From contig JBPCLP010000025.1 in the NCBI GenBank assembly GCA_051003195.1, positions 106,838 through 170,837 on the forward strand: DNA of 64,000 bases, read 5' to 3'. This document shows, piece by piece, positions 9,326 through 19,639 of the stretch. Position 1 is the stretch's first letter. Every line of letters starts with the position of its first letter. Position numbers and translations under genes: made by a program. The DNA is from Candidatus Sumerlaeaceae bacterium. GTDB lineage: Bacteria > Sumerlaeota > Sumerlaeia > Sumerlaeales > Sumerlaeaceae. Under the pieces are notes generated by a model. It was not told the DNA's origin. It did no database searches and saw only the letters and a list, made by a program, of their open reading frames with translations.

Positions 9326-10684
9326 ATGTCCCGCTATTTTTATCGCTTCACATTCTTCTGTGCGTTTTATCTACTGTCGTGCGGACCGGCCTTTGCAGCC
9401 ACGCTGCTTTCGGACACTTTCAGCAGCGCTTCGCTCGACTCCTCAAAATATGCAATTCTCCGCTCCTCAAATGCGAGCGTCTCGGGCGGATCACTTATCG
9501 ACGTCGCTAACATCGTGGACATCGGAATGGAAGTGCCGTCCTACTCGGCAAACTTCCCTAATACCGTGCAGGTCGACTGCGTCATGAAAATCCCGGATCC
9601 TACTATAGCAGCCCGGATCAACAACAGCGTTCCCGAGACCAATGCGGGTTTCCGCGTGGTTGAAGCCGGCCCGGAGGGAATCGGAATTGAGATTTTTCCA
9701 TTCAGGGGCGCTTCGGACGTGGACACGCTTAACATCCGCCGCGCCGTGAACTGGGGTAATGACGTAAGTGCCAACATCTCGCCGCAGCTTACGCCGAATC
9801 AGCTCGTCGTGCTGCGCGGAATTGTGAACGGCGCGAATGTCACGGCCACGCTTTACGACTTCAATACCTCGGCTGTGCTGGCCACGCTGGCCACCACCAC
9901 TGCCACGCTTCAGGTCAACAATACGGCCGGCGCCCTTCGCTTAACGACGTACAACCAGGCGAACGTCGAGTTCCTGAGCTGCAAGGCGACCAACACGGCG
10001 AACAGCAATGTGCTTATAGATGATACCTTCAATGGCACATCCCTGAACCTGAACAACTGGTGGCCCGCCGCTACCGATGAAGTGTCGAACGTTTCGCCAA
10101 ATCCCACCACGGGCACAGCTACACTGATTGGTTACAATGGGACAAACCTGACGGCGCTACTTCCCACGAAACAGACGTTCTCAAATTTCGAGATGCAGTC
10201 CGTGTTCAAGATGAGCCAGCGTGGACCGAACGGCTACGGCAATTTCAGCGTCCAGTTTCGCGAAACAGACAAGTTCAATGCCTTGTACCAGCTCGCCGTC
10301 TTCCCTCAGACCGGAAGTTCAGTCGGCGATGGCGTCACCACTTATACAACTCCGTGTATCGTCTTACGAAAAGGAACGGCGCCGGGAGCTTACACGAACC
10401 TGGGCGGAAAGACAATCAGCGAGCCGACGGACAGCAGTACGCTGGTCGTTAACCTGATTGCCAACGGATCCGCGATTAGTTTCTACACGGGTCCCACAAA
10501 AACCGCGGGCATTGGGCCGGTAGTATCCGTTACCGATAGCAGCAACACTTCAGGGTTCGTGAAGTTTACGAATTTTGCACTGACGGCGGTCGACCTGGAC
10601 GAATACCAGATCGCGACAATCGGTTCAAACATCGTGGCGCCGATTACCACCGCGGCGTCCGACGAGTGGATGCTGATGCAATAG
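9326..10684 (+). CDS. Secreted beta-rich protein with C-terminal 'AASDEWMLMQ' tail
   Basis: Signal peptide ending AFA; two lectin-like halves (LLSDTFSS / LIDDTFNG); short Trp-containing tail. Confidence 0.7.
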   Translation: MSRYFYRFTFFCAFYLLSCGPAFAATLLSDTFSSASLDSSKYAILRSSNASVSGGSLIDVANIVDIGMEVPSYSANFPNTVQVDCVMKIPDPTIAARINNSVPETNAGFRVVEAGPEGIGIEIFPFRGASDVDTLNIRRAVNWGNDVSANISPQLTPNQLVVLRGIVNGANVTATLYDFNTSAVLATLATTTATLQVNNTAGALRLTTYNQANVEFLSCKATNTANSNVLIDDTFNGTSLNLNNWWPAATDEVSNVSPNPTTGTATLIGYNGTNLTALLPTKQTFSNFEMQSVFKMSQRGPNGYGNFSVQFRETDKFNALYQLAVFPQTGSSVGDGVTTYTTPCIVLRKGTAPGAYTNLGGKTISEPTDSSTLVVNLIANGSAISFYTGPTKTAGIGPVVSVTDSSNTSGFVKFTNFALTAVDLDEYQIATIGSNIVAPITTAASDEWMLMQ

Positions 10685-10802
10685 CATGGGTTGGCACAGC
10701 AGGCCAAGCGACGGGCTGCTGCGCAAGCTTCAAACGACGCTGGACAATGGCGCGAACCGCTGCACCCCTGTGTACAATAATCGCCATGTGGAGGCCTAAA
10801 CA

Positions 10803-11189
10803 TTGCCAAAGCGAATAGTGGTAGTGGACGATGAGCCGGACATCCGCACGATGCTGGACATCAGCCTGAAAAACCAGGGGTACGAGGTGCAGCTGGCGTC
10901 CGACGGTGTTGAAGGGCTGGAGCTCATTCGCAAAACACGGCCCGACCTGGCGATACTTGACGTGAAGATGCCGCGCATGAATGGCTTCGAGCTGCTGGTT
11001 GCTATGCGCAACGACGCGCAGCTAAAGGACATGCCCGTGGTGATGCTGACGTCCCTGACAGTCGGCACCGGAAAGTCGGACGAGCTTTGGCGCCAAAGCC
11101 TGGAAATCACCGACTTCCTGTCCAAGCCCTTCGATACACAGGAATTGCTGAGCCGCGTCAACCGAATCCTGGAGAAACCCGCGGAATAG
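10803..11189 (+). CDS. Single-domain response regulator (CheY-like)
   Basis: VVDDE, LDVKMPRMNG, MLT, KPF motifs; GGAGG RBS with TTG start. Confidence 0.93.
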   Translation: MPKRIVVVDDEPDIRTMLDISLKNQGYEVQLASDGVEGLELIRKTRPDLAILDVKMPRMNGFELLVAMRNDAQLKDMPVVMLTSLTVGTGKSDELWRQSLEITDFLSKPFDTQELLSRVNRILEKPAE

Positions 11190-11357
11190 TTCGTGCGCAG
11201 CGGCTTCGGGCGTCCATACTGTCTCCGTTTCTCTAGTTGACTTGATCCGGGCCGGGTAACGACTATCCGCGGCTTTGTGAAAAATGGCGCAAATACAGCG
11301 CCTGCTGCAATGTTGCAGCCTCTTAGTTTGCCAAATTACCCGGAGTCACGCTATTAG

Positions 11358-13370
11358 ATGCTAAGACAGTTGCGGTCAGCCCACAAAATTCGTAAAGTCA
11401 TCTGGATCGGGCTGCTGCTTATCGTAATTCCTTCCTTTGTCGCCTTCTATGGTTGGAGCGACTACTCCACCACTGCCGGTTCGCAGCCCATGACTGCCGC
11501 GAAACTCAAGTTCGGTTTCCTGGACTCAGAAGAGATACACCAGCCAGACATGCAACGCGCCGAACAGATGTTGCGCGCGCAGTACATGAATTACTCTCGA
11601 AACCAGAACATGACGCTGGAGCCCGCCGCCATTGATAAACTGGCCGGATCGCGCGAGATTCTCGACCAGGCAATCAACGTCGAGATTCTGCGCCACTACG
11701 CCAAGGAACATGGCATCGTCGTCGAACCGCAAGACGCAGTCGACGAACTCGCGAAAGCCTATCCCCCGGATCGCCGCGCCATGGTCGAGCAGGAGCTCAA
11801 GCGCCAGGGCATGACGTTTGGCCAGTTCCTGGAACAGATTCAGAATGGCATGCTGTTGCAGCGCGTGAGGGACACTCTGACCGCCCAGACACGCGTTACA
11901 CATTATGAAGCCTGGCTCGACTACCTGCTAAAAAACGAGCGTCTCCTGGTCGACTTCGTGCGCTTCGACGCCGCAGACTACACGACGAGCGTCACCGTAG
12001 ACGAGAAGGAGCTTCAGGATTACTTTGCGAAAAACATCAAGAAGTACCACGTCCGGGAACAGGTGAAGTACTCCTACCTGATCGTCCGCAAGGATGACTT
12101 AAAAAGCAGCCTGACCCTTACCGAAGACGAGGTCACTTCGTATTACCAGAGCAACCAGGAAGAGTTCCGTTTGCCGCGCACAGCCGACATTCGTCAAATC
12201 ATGATCAAAAAGCCGGGGCGCGAAGCGGGCTCCACCGCTGAAGAACTGACTTCAGCCACTGAAGCAGCCCGTGCGAAGGCCAGCGACATTTACCAGCGGA
12301 TCGTAAAAGGCGAAGACTTTGCAACGCTGGCAGACCAGTATAATGAGGAAACCCGCGTACCGCCACGCGAGGATAGCGATACAACTGCAACCGACAGAAT
12401 GACCACCGCCGGCGGATTTCTCGGAACGGTTTCCGAGGTGCGCATGAAAACCTTCTACGGGGAAGACTGGACCAGTGCCGTGTTCAACCTGAAGCCGGGC
12501 GCAATCAGCCAACCGGTTGATAGTCCGCGTGGCTTCTTCGTGCTCAAGCTTGAATCCTTGAAAGAGGGGCTTGTTCAGCCGCTCGATGTAGTAAAGAGCG
12601 AGGTGGAGGATAAGGTCCGCACAGAAAAGGTTGAGCCGGTATTCGAGGATGTAGGCAATCAGCTTCGCGATGTCGCCGAAAAAGGTGCTACCCTGCAACA
12701 ACTTGCGCAGGAAACCTCAAGGACTGTCGAGTTCACCCCGAAAGTGGACAAGCGCGCAGAGTTCATACCCGGCGTAGGGTTACTGGGCGAGTTCAAGGAA
12801 GCGGTGCAGGACCTGCAAAAGGGTGGCCGCAGCGAGGTAATGTCCGACCAGGCACGCCACCTTGTCATGGAGGTTCAGGAAGAGTTCCCAGATCACGATC
12901 CGCCGCTCGACGAAGTTCGCGAGCAGGTGGTGCAGGGCTATAAGGAAAGCAAGGCGCGGGAGCTCGCCAAGGCAGCGGCGGAATCCGTCAAGGTCAAGGC
13001 TACGAGCGTGGAAGCACTCAAGCAGGCCGTGGTTGACGCTGGCTCGACCGTTTCTCGGACACGCCCATTTACCCGGCCCGAGGCTCCAACGGTACTCGGC
13101 CCTGTGCAGAACTTTACTGAAATTGCCGGCGGGTTGCGTAAAGGTGCGATTTCACTCAGCCCGCTTGGTTCTGAGGATGCTGCACAGGGTTACATTGTCT
13201 GGCACCTCGCAGAAGTCACGGAACCCTCGAAGGCGGAATTTGCGAAGCAGCTCGCGAAGATCAGCCAGGACTTACTGGCTCACAAGCGTGAGATCCTGCT
13301 CCTGGAGTTTTTGCGCGATCGGCGGAAGCAGTTAAAGGACGATATCGAAATCTCCAAAGCGTACCGCTGA
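11358..13370 (+). CDS. ppiD: PpiD/SurA-like periplasmic chaperone-PPIase
   Basis: N-terminal TM anchor, SurA N-domain, parvulin-like GEDFATLADQY...GGFLG...ISQPVDSPRGFFVLKL. Confidence 0.75.
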   Translation: MLRQLRSAHKIRKVIWIGLLLIVIPSFVAFYGWSDYSTTAGSQPMTAAKLKFGFLDSEEIHQPDMQRAEQMLRAQYMNYSRNQNMTLEPAAIDKLAGSREILDQAINVEILRHYAKEHGIVVEPQDAVDELAKAYPPDRRAMVEQELKRQGMTFGQFLEQIQNGMLLQRVRDTLTAQTRVTHYEAWLDYLLKNERLLVDFVRFDAADYTTSVTVDEKELQDYFAKNIKKYHVREQVKYSYLIVRKDDLKSSLTLTEDEVTSYYQSNQEEFRLPRTADIRQIMIKKPGREAGSTAEELTSATEAARAKASDIYQRIVKGEDFATLADQYNEETRVPPREDSDTTATDRMTTAGGFLGTVSEVRMKTFYGEDWTSAVFNLKPGAISQPVDSPRGFFVLKLESLKEGLVQPLDVVKSEVEDKVRTEKVEPVFEDVGNQLRDVAEKGATLQQLAQETSRTVEFTPKVDKRAEFIPGVGLLGEFKEAVQDLQKGGRSEVMSDQARHLVMEVQEEFPDHDPPLDEVREQVVQGYKESKARELAKAAAESVKVKATSVEALKQAVVDAGSTVSRTRPFTRPEAPTVLGPVQNFTEIAGGLRKGAISLSPLGSEDAAQGYIVWHLAEVTEPSKAEFAKQLAKISQDLLAHKREILLLEFLRDRRKQLKDDIEISKAYR

Positions 13371-13483
13371 TTTTTATTGAAGGCGATCTACGCCGCATTT
13401 AGAGCAACGTGGGTATCATACGTCACGGCTGGCAAAGCCATTCTAATTGCGAGGCTTAGGCACTGTTAAACGTTCAGGCAATC

Positions 13484-16027
13484 GTGGTCAAAAACCTTAG
13501 TTCTGCTAAATTAAGGAAGGTTCTTTTTGAGCAGCACCTGTGGACTCGGGTGTTCCTGTGCCTGATCGCCTGTAATCTGTGTGCGGGCAGGATTGCTGCG
13601 CAAGCTGCGTTTCCTACTGCCGATAACCAGGTTCAACACCACGTTCTTCCGACCGACGAGGAGTCTGCTGCGCCGATGGAAGACCCGGATGGTGTTGTCA
13701 TGCGGGAACGTACGCCCGCGGACGACCAGAAGATCGCGCGCGATCAGGCGGCGAAGGCACGTAAGAGTGCGGCAACAAAGCCTGTGACGTCAACGGATCC
13801 GCTGCTCAGCGAGATTTCCGATGCTCCGGTCGTTAAGGAAATCGAAGTTGCCGGCCTGGACGGACCTGACCTGCGTCGCGCCATGCGCGCGCTCGTGACG
13901 CGCGAAGGCGAACCACTTAACCCCGACAAGCAGCGCGAAGACATAAAGAACCTGTACGAAGTTGGCTCCTTCCGCCCGGACATCCAGGTGGAAGCCGAGG
14001 AACTGGACGGCGGGGTGAAGTTGCGTTACCTGGTTGAGCCGAACCCAAAAGTCGGAGCCATCAACGTCACGGGGAACGTCAAAGTACCCACCAAGAAACT
14101 GCTGGCAGAGCTGCCTGTGAAAGCCGGCGAAACTTACACGGTGCAGGCGCAAAACAAGATCCGCGAAACACTTGCCCGCTACTATGAAGAACGCGGATAT
14201 GGTGACGCCGCCGTTCACGTGGAAGAGCGCCCGGGTCCCGCGAACACCGTCGATCTCGGTATTTCACTGGACGAAGGCACCAAGACAAAAATCCGCAACC
14301 TCGTCATCCGCGGCAACGAGCACGTTGGTGATCTCGGGCTGAAGTTGCGCGCCAGCAACAAGGGTTCGTGGGGTCCTTTTAAGCATTACTACAACGAAGC
14401 CAAGTTTGAAGACGACCTGAATGTGGTGCGGGCGGTGATGGCAAATCATGGCTACCTGGATGCCGATGTGCGGCGCGGCGAGTTCGCTTACGCGGAGGAC
14501 CGCAGCTGGGTAGACCCTGTTATCGAGGTGAGCGAGGGTCCGTGCTATAAGTTCGGGCGCCTCGAAGCACGCGGCTATTCCGTGTACTCGAGGGACGAAG
14601 TGCTGGAAGGCTTTCGTCCTCTGCAAGGCCAGGTCTATAGCCCGGCCGAATTCGAGAAGCGAGCCGAGCGTGTAAAGAACATGTACGGGGACGAGGGATT
14701 TCTCAACTGCTCAATCGAGCCGAACCTCCACAAAGACCCGAACACCGGAACTGTCGACGTGGACCTGGATATTACGGAGGGATCACGCATCTACGTAGGC
14801 GATGTGAAGGTAGTGGCGGACACCTACGCGGAAGATAAAGAGCAGAGCTGGCTGCGCCGTGCGTACAGCAAAGTTTCTCCTCCGGTTAAGGACGAGGTCG
14901 TTCGTCGCGAAGTGCGGATGCGGCCCGGCCAGGTTTACCGTCGATTTGATGAAGTGCGCACGAAGGAGCGCCTGCGCGCGCTGAACGTTTTTGAAGACGT
15001 AAAGGTGCAGGAGCAGATGACGGACGATCCAAACGTCCACGACTGCGTTGTACAGGTTGAACAGGGCAACACCGGCAACCTGATATTCGGCGTGGGCTTT
15101 GGCGACGTCGAGGGCGGCTTCCTCTACGGCAACTACATCGAGCATAACCTGTTCGGCCTCGCGCGAGACTTGCGAATCTCCGCACTCGTGGGTTCAAAGG
15201 CAATCAGCGGCGAAGTCTCCTACCTAGACCGCTACTTCATGGGCAGCGATATAGCGGCCCAGTTCACCGCGTTCCATCGTCGCTACGACCGCACTGGCGC
15301 GTTCCGGCAGACTAATACCGGAGTTACGGCGGAGTTCACGCGTCCGCTTTCCGAATGCCTGAAAGACAGCGTGCGGCTGCGTCTGGAGAGCATCGGCTAT
15401 GATATCAGCGCAGCGCGGCAGCCCGATGAGGAATTGCGCGACTACGTTGCCGCAACAATTCGCTACAAGCTTTGTCATGACACGCGCGACGATACGTTCT
15501 TCCCGACTTACGGGCACGTGGCGGCAGCCAGTTTCGAGACCGGCGCTGCCGATGGCTTCCTCGCAAAGCTTGAAGGGCAGTACGCCCAATACTGGCAGAT
15601 GTGTGACAGCTGGGTGCTGGCGAACAACACCGTGGCAGGCTTGATGCCGTACGACGCGACGCGCATCGGCTATGCGGACCGATTCTTCCTCGGCGGCGCA
15701 AGCGATCTGCGCGGATTCCGCGTTGCGGGCGCTGGCCCACATGATGGCCGAAATCACTCGATCCCGCTGGGCGGCTCGACAAAGCTGCTGAACCAGACCG
15801 AGGCACGCCACCTGTTCACCGACAATCTTGCCGGTGTGCTCTTTGCTGACGTCGGCATGCTTGGACGCAAGCCGTTTGAAATTGGCTCGCCCCGGGCTTC
15901 CATCGGTACGGGTGTTCGCCTGCGGCTGCCCATGGCTTCCGTCAGCCTTGATCTGGCGGTGCCGGTCATCAGCCACGACGACGACCAGACTCAAATCTTC
16001 CACTTCAACCTGACCTCAGCCTTCTAA
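13484..16027 (+). CDS. bamA: Omp85/BamA family outer membrane assembly factor
   Basis: POTRA repeats (Y.ERGY, NHGYLDA, GDEGF), LRGF motif, C-terminal FHFNLTSAF; upstream of skp. Confidence 0.85.
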   Translation: MVKNLSSAKLRKVLFEQHLWTRVFLCLIACNLCAGRIAAQAAFPTADNQVQHHVLPTDEESAAPMEDPDGVVMRERTPADDQKIARDQAAKARKSAATKPVTSTDPLLSEISDAPVVKEIEVAGLDGPDLRRAMRALVTREGEPLNPDKQREDIKNLYEVGSFRPDIQVEAEELDGGVKLRYLVEPNPKVGAINVTGNVKVPTKKLLAELPVKAGETYTVQAQNKIRETLARYYEERGYGDAAVHVEERPGPANTVDLGISLDEGTKTKIRNLVIRGNEHVGDLGLKLRASNKGSWGPFKHYYNEAKFEDDLNVVRAVMANHGYLDADVRRGEFAYAEDRSWVDPVIEVSEGPCYKFGRLEARGYSVYSRDEVLEGFRPLQGQVYSPAEFEKRAERVKNMYGDEGFLNCSIEPNLHKDPNTGTVDVDLDITEGSRIYVGDVKVVADTYAEDKEQSWLRRAYSKVSPPVKDEVVRREVRMRPGQVYRRFDEVRTKERLRALNVFEDVKVQEQMTDDPNVHDCVVQVEQGNTGNLIFGVGFGDVEGGFLYGNYIEHNLFGLARDLRISALVGSKAISGEVSYLDRYFMGSDIAAQFTAFHRRYDRTGAFRQTNTGVTAEFTRPLSECLKDSVRLRLESIGYDISAARQPDEELRDYVAATIRYKLCHDTRDDTFFPTYGHVAAASFETGAADGFLAKLEGQYAQYWQMCDSWVLANNTVAGLMPYDATRIGYADRFFLGGASDLRGFRVAGAGPHDGRNHSIPLGGSTKLLNQTEARHLFTDNLAGVLFADVGMLGRKPFEIGSPRASIGTGVRLRLPMASVSLDLAVPVISHDDDQTQIFHFNLTSAF

Positions 16028-16051
16028 GTGGTCCGGCATAAAGGATTCCCA

Positions 16052-16738
16052 ATGAAGCAGTTTGTCACCCTTTGCATATTCCTGTGCCTTGTTTGCGTTG
16101 CAGGCGCGGCCGATACCAAAATTGCCTATGTCGACATCGAGAAGGTTACCGGTAAGGCGAAAGCAATCAACAGCGCTCTCTCGACGGTCGGCGATAAAGT
16201 CAAAAAGTACCAGAACGACATTGAGTCCAAACGCAAAAAGATCCGCGACCTTGAAGACGATGTGAAGCGCACCGAAGGAGTGTTGTCTCGCGACGAGGTC
16301 GATAAAAAACGCAAAGAGATCAACACGCTGAACAACGAAATCGACGACCTTGTGCTGCAGGGACGCCGCGAGATGCAGCGAGTCGACGACACTTTTTATT
16401 CCCCCCTTCTGAAGAAGATCATTTACGCCATCCAGGACGTCGCCGCCGAGAAGGACATCGATATCGTCCTGCGCGGGGAAGTCGTACTGTACGGCAAGGA
16501 CACCGCCGACATTACCAACGATGTGATTCGGAAGCTGAACGAGGACGATAGCGCTTCCACTGCTGCCAGAACAGAGAAGAAGACTGAAACACCGGCGAAG
16601 CCCGCAGACACCACCGCCAAGCCCACCGAGTCGGCAAGCCCGGCAGCCGCAAACGTTGTGGTGCCGGAAACACCCGCAAAGCCAAAGCCGACGAAAACGC
16701 CTGCCTCCGCGCGACCGGTTGACCGCCAGCCTGACTGA
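16052..16738 (+). CDS. skp: OmpH/Skp chaperone with Pro/Ala/Thr-rich tail
   Basis: Signal peptide, KIAYVDIEKV, coiled coil, DIVL...DITNDVIRKLN. Confidence 0.88.
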   Translation: MKQFVTLCIFLCLVCVAGAADTKIAYVDIEKVTGKAKAINSALSTVGDKVKKYQNDIESKRKKIRDLEDDVKRTEGVLSRDEVDKKRKEINTLNNEIDDLVLQGRREMQRVDDTFYSPLLKKIIYAIQDVAAEKDIDIVLRGEVVLYGKDTADITNDVIRKLNEDDSASTAARTEKKTETPAKPADTTAKPTESASPAAANVVVPETPAKPKPTKTPASARPVDRQPD

Positions 16739-16758
16739 TCGCCTGCCCCGCTAGCGGA

Positions 16759-17595
16759 ATGCGTAATCGTCAGACGATCAACTCCGTCGTCGAAGTCTCG
16801 GGGCGCGGCGTCCACACCGGGCAGGAAGGTACGGTGCGCTTTTTGCCGGCGCAATCGGGCGAAGGAATCATCTTCCGGAGAACGGACCTCCACGGCGAAG
16901 CGATACCTGCACGGCTGGACTACCTCGTGCCTGATCAGTTGCTGCGGCGAACCACACTTGCGAACGGTCGTGCCAAAGTCCACACGATCGAACATGTGCT
17001 GTCCGCCGCAGCCGGATGTGATGTCGACGACTTGCTGATCGAAATGAACACAGGCGAGCCGCCCTTTCTGGACGGCAGCGCCGCACGGTTTGTCGAACTG
17101 CTTCAACAAGCGGGCATCACACAGCAGCGGGAGAATTGCCAGCCGCTCGAGATCGGCGAACCGCTGGCGTTCCGGGATGGAGACGCCGAGTTTTCGTGCC
17201 TCCCGTCTGACGAGTTTCGAGTCAGTTTCTTCTTCACCTCCGACCATCCTAAACTAAGGCGTCAGGCGGCCAGCATCGTCATAACGCCGGAAACGTACGC
17301 CGCGGAAGTCGCACCCGCCCGCACCTTTTGTTTCTTTGAAGAAATCGAGTCCATGCGTCGGCAGGGACTTATCAAAGGCGCCAACCTTTCCTCCGCTGTG
17401 GTGATTGGCCGCAAAGGCATGTTGAACGACTCGCTGCGTTTTCCGGATGAGCCGGTGCGGCACAAAATTCTTGATTTTATCGGTGACCTCGCCCTGCTCG
17501 GACGACCCCTGAAGGGGCACTTCCTGGCGTGGCGTTCCGGTCATCGTGCCAATGCGGCGTTTGCGCTTTATCTCAAAAAGGAGTTCGGCCTGTGA
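16759..17595 (+). CDS. lpxC: UDP-3-O-acyl-GlcNAc deacetylase
   Basis: QTI..GRGVHTG, TIEHVLSA, DGSA, APARTF, EPVRHKILDFIGDL. Confidence 0.96.
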   Translation: MRNRQTINSVVEVSGRGVHTGQEGTVRFLPAQSGEGIIFRRTDLHGEAIPARLDYLVPDQLLRRTTLANGRAKVHTIEHVLSAAAGCDVDDLLIEMNTGEPPFLDGSAARFVELLQQAGITQQRENCQPLEIGEPLAFRDGDAEFSCLPSDEFRVSFFFTSDHPKLRRQAASIVITPETYAAEVAPARTFCFFEEIESMRRQGLIKGANLSSAVVIGRKGMLNDSLRFPDEPVRHKILDFIGDLALLGRPLKGHFLAWRSGHRANAAFALYLKKEFGL

Positions 17596-18071
17596 GTGAA
17601 ACCCCGGCGGTACCCGCGGCGATGGACATCAACCGCATCCTGGAGATTCTCCCCCACCGCTATCCGTTTCTGCTGGTGGATCGCATCCTCGAAATGCGCG
17701 AGGGGTTTGTAGTCGGCCAGAAGTGCGTCACGATGAACGAATGGTTTTTCCAGGGCCACTTCCCGCAGCAGCCGGTGATGCCGGGAGTCCTCATCCTCGA
17801 GGCGATGGCGCAGACGGGCGCTATACTCGCACATCTGCACGAGGAAAACCGCGGCCGCCTGATTTTTCTCGCGGGTGTGGATGACGCGCGATTCCGCAAA
17901 GTCATATCGCCGGGCGATGTGCTGCGTATCGAGATGACTGAGATCCAGCGGCGCAAAAACATCGGCCGTTGCAGCGGACGCGTGCTCGTCGACGGCAAGC
18001 TTGCGTGCGAAGCTGTGCTGACCTTCGCGGTACAGGCATCGAGCCAGGGTCGGTCTGCCGATAGTTCGTAA
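17592..18071 (+). CDS. fabZ: 3-hydroxyacyl-ACP dehydratase
   Basis: LPHRYPFLLVDRI, FFQGHFP, PVMPGVLILEAMAQ; GTG start overlaps the lpxC stop. Confidence 0.96.
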   Translation: MSETPAVPAAMDINRILEILPHRYPFLLVDRILEMREGFVVGQKCVTMNEWFFQGHFPQQPVMPGVLILEAMAQTGAILAHLHEENRGRLIFLAGVDDARFRKVISPGDVLRIEMTEIQRRKNIGRCSGRVLVDGKLACEAVLTFAVQASSQGRSADSS

Positions 18072-18130
18072 TCAGTTCTGTGTGCCGAATCGAGGGTAAG
18101 TTTGCCCTTTGGTCTGGTAAATGAACTAAG
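18062..18130. repeat. Repeat family A, copy 2 (lacks right arm; overlaps fabZ stop)
   Basis: TAGTTCGTAATCAGTTCTGTGTGCCGAATCGAG...TTTGGTCTGGT..ATGAACTA, close to 47346-47410. Confidence 0.75.
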
Positions 18131-18259
18131 GGGCCCCCCGTCCACACGATACTCGTTGACACTACCGAGTTTCATGTTTTTATAAGGTTTCCAATCCGGA
18201 CTCGTTGCGTGATTTCACTCTGTCTGCTCCTGCCCGGCACTCCACAGGGGAGAATTCTC

Positions 18260-19519
18260 ATGCAGAAGCAAACCGTAACCCGGCATCTCGCCCGCTTTTC
18301 AATCCACGTCATCATCGCCGCGGCACTGTTAGCCAGCGCGGGCCTGATTCATGCCATCCCGCCGAACTTTGCCGTTCAGTTAAACAACCCGGGCCCCCTG
18401 GGCAGCGCCCTGAACTCACAGTTTGGTATAGCCATCGCAGGCACGGGCAAAGTGGTTTACGTCGGCGCGCCGACATTCGACCAGGACGGAACCGATTCCG
18501 GCGCTGTGTTCGCGTTCGACCAGAAGACCGGCGCCTACCAGGGCCGTCCAAGTTTCGGGGCCTTTTCCGCAGCCGATAACAAGATCGGTACTGCCCTGGC
18601 CGCGAACAAAAAGTATTGGATCGTCGGCGCACCGGGAACGACGCTCAGCGCAAATCTCAATGCCGGGCGCGTCTTCATCCTGTCCGCACGCGGCTTGCCC
18701 TCCCTCTATATTGACAACCCGGCGCCAGGCGTCGGCGACAATTTCGGCGCGGCCCTTGCCCTGTACAAGACTCTGCTCGTCATCGGAGCGCCCAAGGACA
18801 CGGCACCCGGCGGCGGCCCTGCCGGTTCAGGCGCAGCGTACCTCGTAAACCTCAAGACCGGGCTGACACTGGTCGGGTTGATAGATCCGGGCGCCGCAGC
18901 TGGTGATACGGCGGGCGCGAGCGTCGCCGTCAGCAAAGACTATATCGTCGTCGGCGCGCCGGGCCGCCAGGTCGGTGGTTTCGCGGGCGCTGGCGCAGTG
19001 GCTGTCTTCGACGCAAAAACGGCTGCGTATCTCGGCACGCTTACCGATCCCTCGCCTAACACCGACGATGCATTTGGTTCAGCCGTTGCCATCAGCGGTT
19101 CGCTGGTTACCGTCGGCTCACCAAACAGCGAGTATATAACCGACGCCGTCTATACTAATGCAGGCGCCGTGTTCCAGTTCGACGCCGCTACGAGAACGTT
19201 GGTGCGAGAGCTCCCCGAAAATACATACAACGACGGCGGACACCGCGGCGCAGCAATGGCAACGGATGGCAAACTGCTGATCGTCGGGAAACCAGACTTC
19301 TACTATTCCGGGCCAAACGCCGGATCAACCACTACGTACAAATACAAAACCGGCGAGGCCATCCGCGAGAACATCAGCGAGAACCCCGTTGCCGGTGGGA
19401 ATTTCGGTAAAGCGGTCGCGGCGTTTAAGGGTGGCCGCTACGCCGTAGGCGAACCGTTCGGTCAGGATACCTCCGGAAACATCGTCGGAGCCGCTTACAT
19501 GTATAACAAGTACCCGTGA
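18260..19519 (+). CDS. Secreted FG-GAP (integrin-alpha-like beta-propeller) protein
   Basis: About seven FGxAxA...VGAP...GAVY repeats after a signal peptide. Confidence 0.88.
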   Translation: MQKQTVTRHLARFSIHVIIAAALLASAGLIHAIPPNFAVQLNNPGPLGSALNSQFGIAIAGTGKVVYVGAPTFDQDGTDSGAVFAFDQKTGAYQGRPSFGAFSAADNKIGTALAANKKYWIVGAPGTTLSANLNAGRVFILSARGLPSLYIDNPAPGVGDNFGAALALYKTLLVIGAPKDTAPGGGPAGSGAAYLVNLKTGLTLVGLIDPGAAAGDTAGASVAVSKDYIVVGAPGRQVGGFAGAGAVAVFDAKTAAYLGTLTDPSPNTDDAFGSAVAISGSLVTVGSPNSEYITDAVYTNAGAVFQFDAATRTLVRELPENTYNDGGHRGAAMATDGKLLIVGKPDFYYSGPNAGSTTTYKYKTGEAIRENISENPVAGGNFGKAVAAFKGGRYAVGEPFGQDTSGNIVGAAYMYNKYP

Positions 19520-19639
19520 TGGGCTGGTAGAGCGGGGTAAAACTACCGCTTGGCCTAACCCGCAGGAACCCGCCCGGCCCTGAATTCAAGTAGCGCGCCG
19601 AGCTTTACTTTCGCGTTTCGCGTCGTGCGTTTCCCAATC

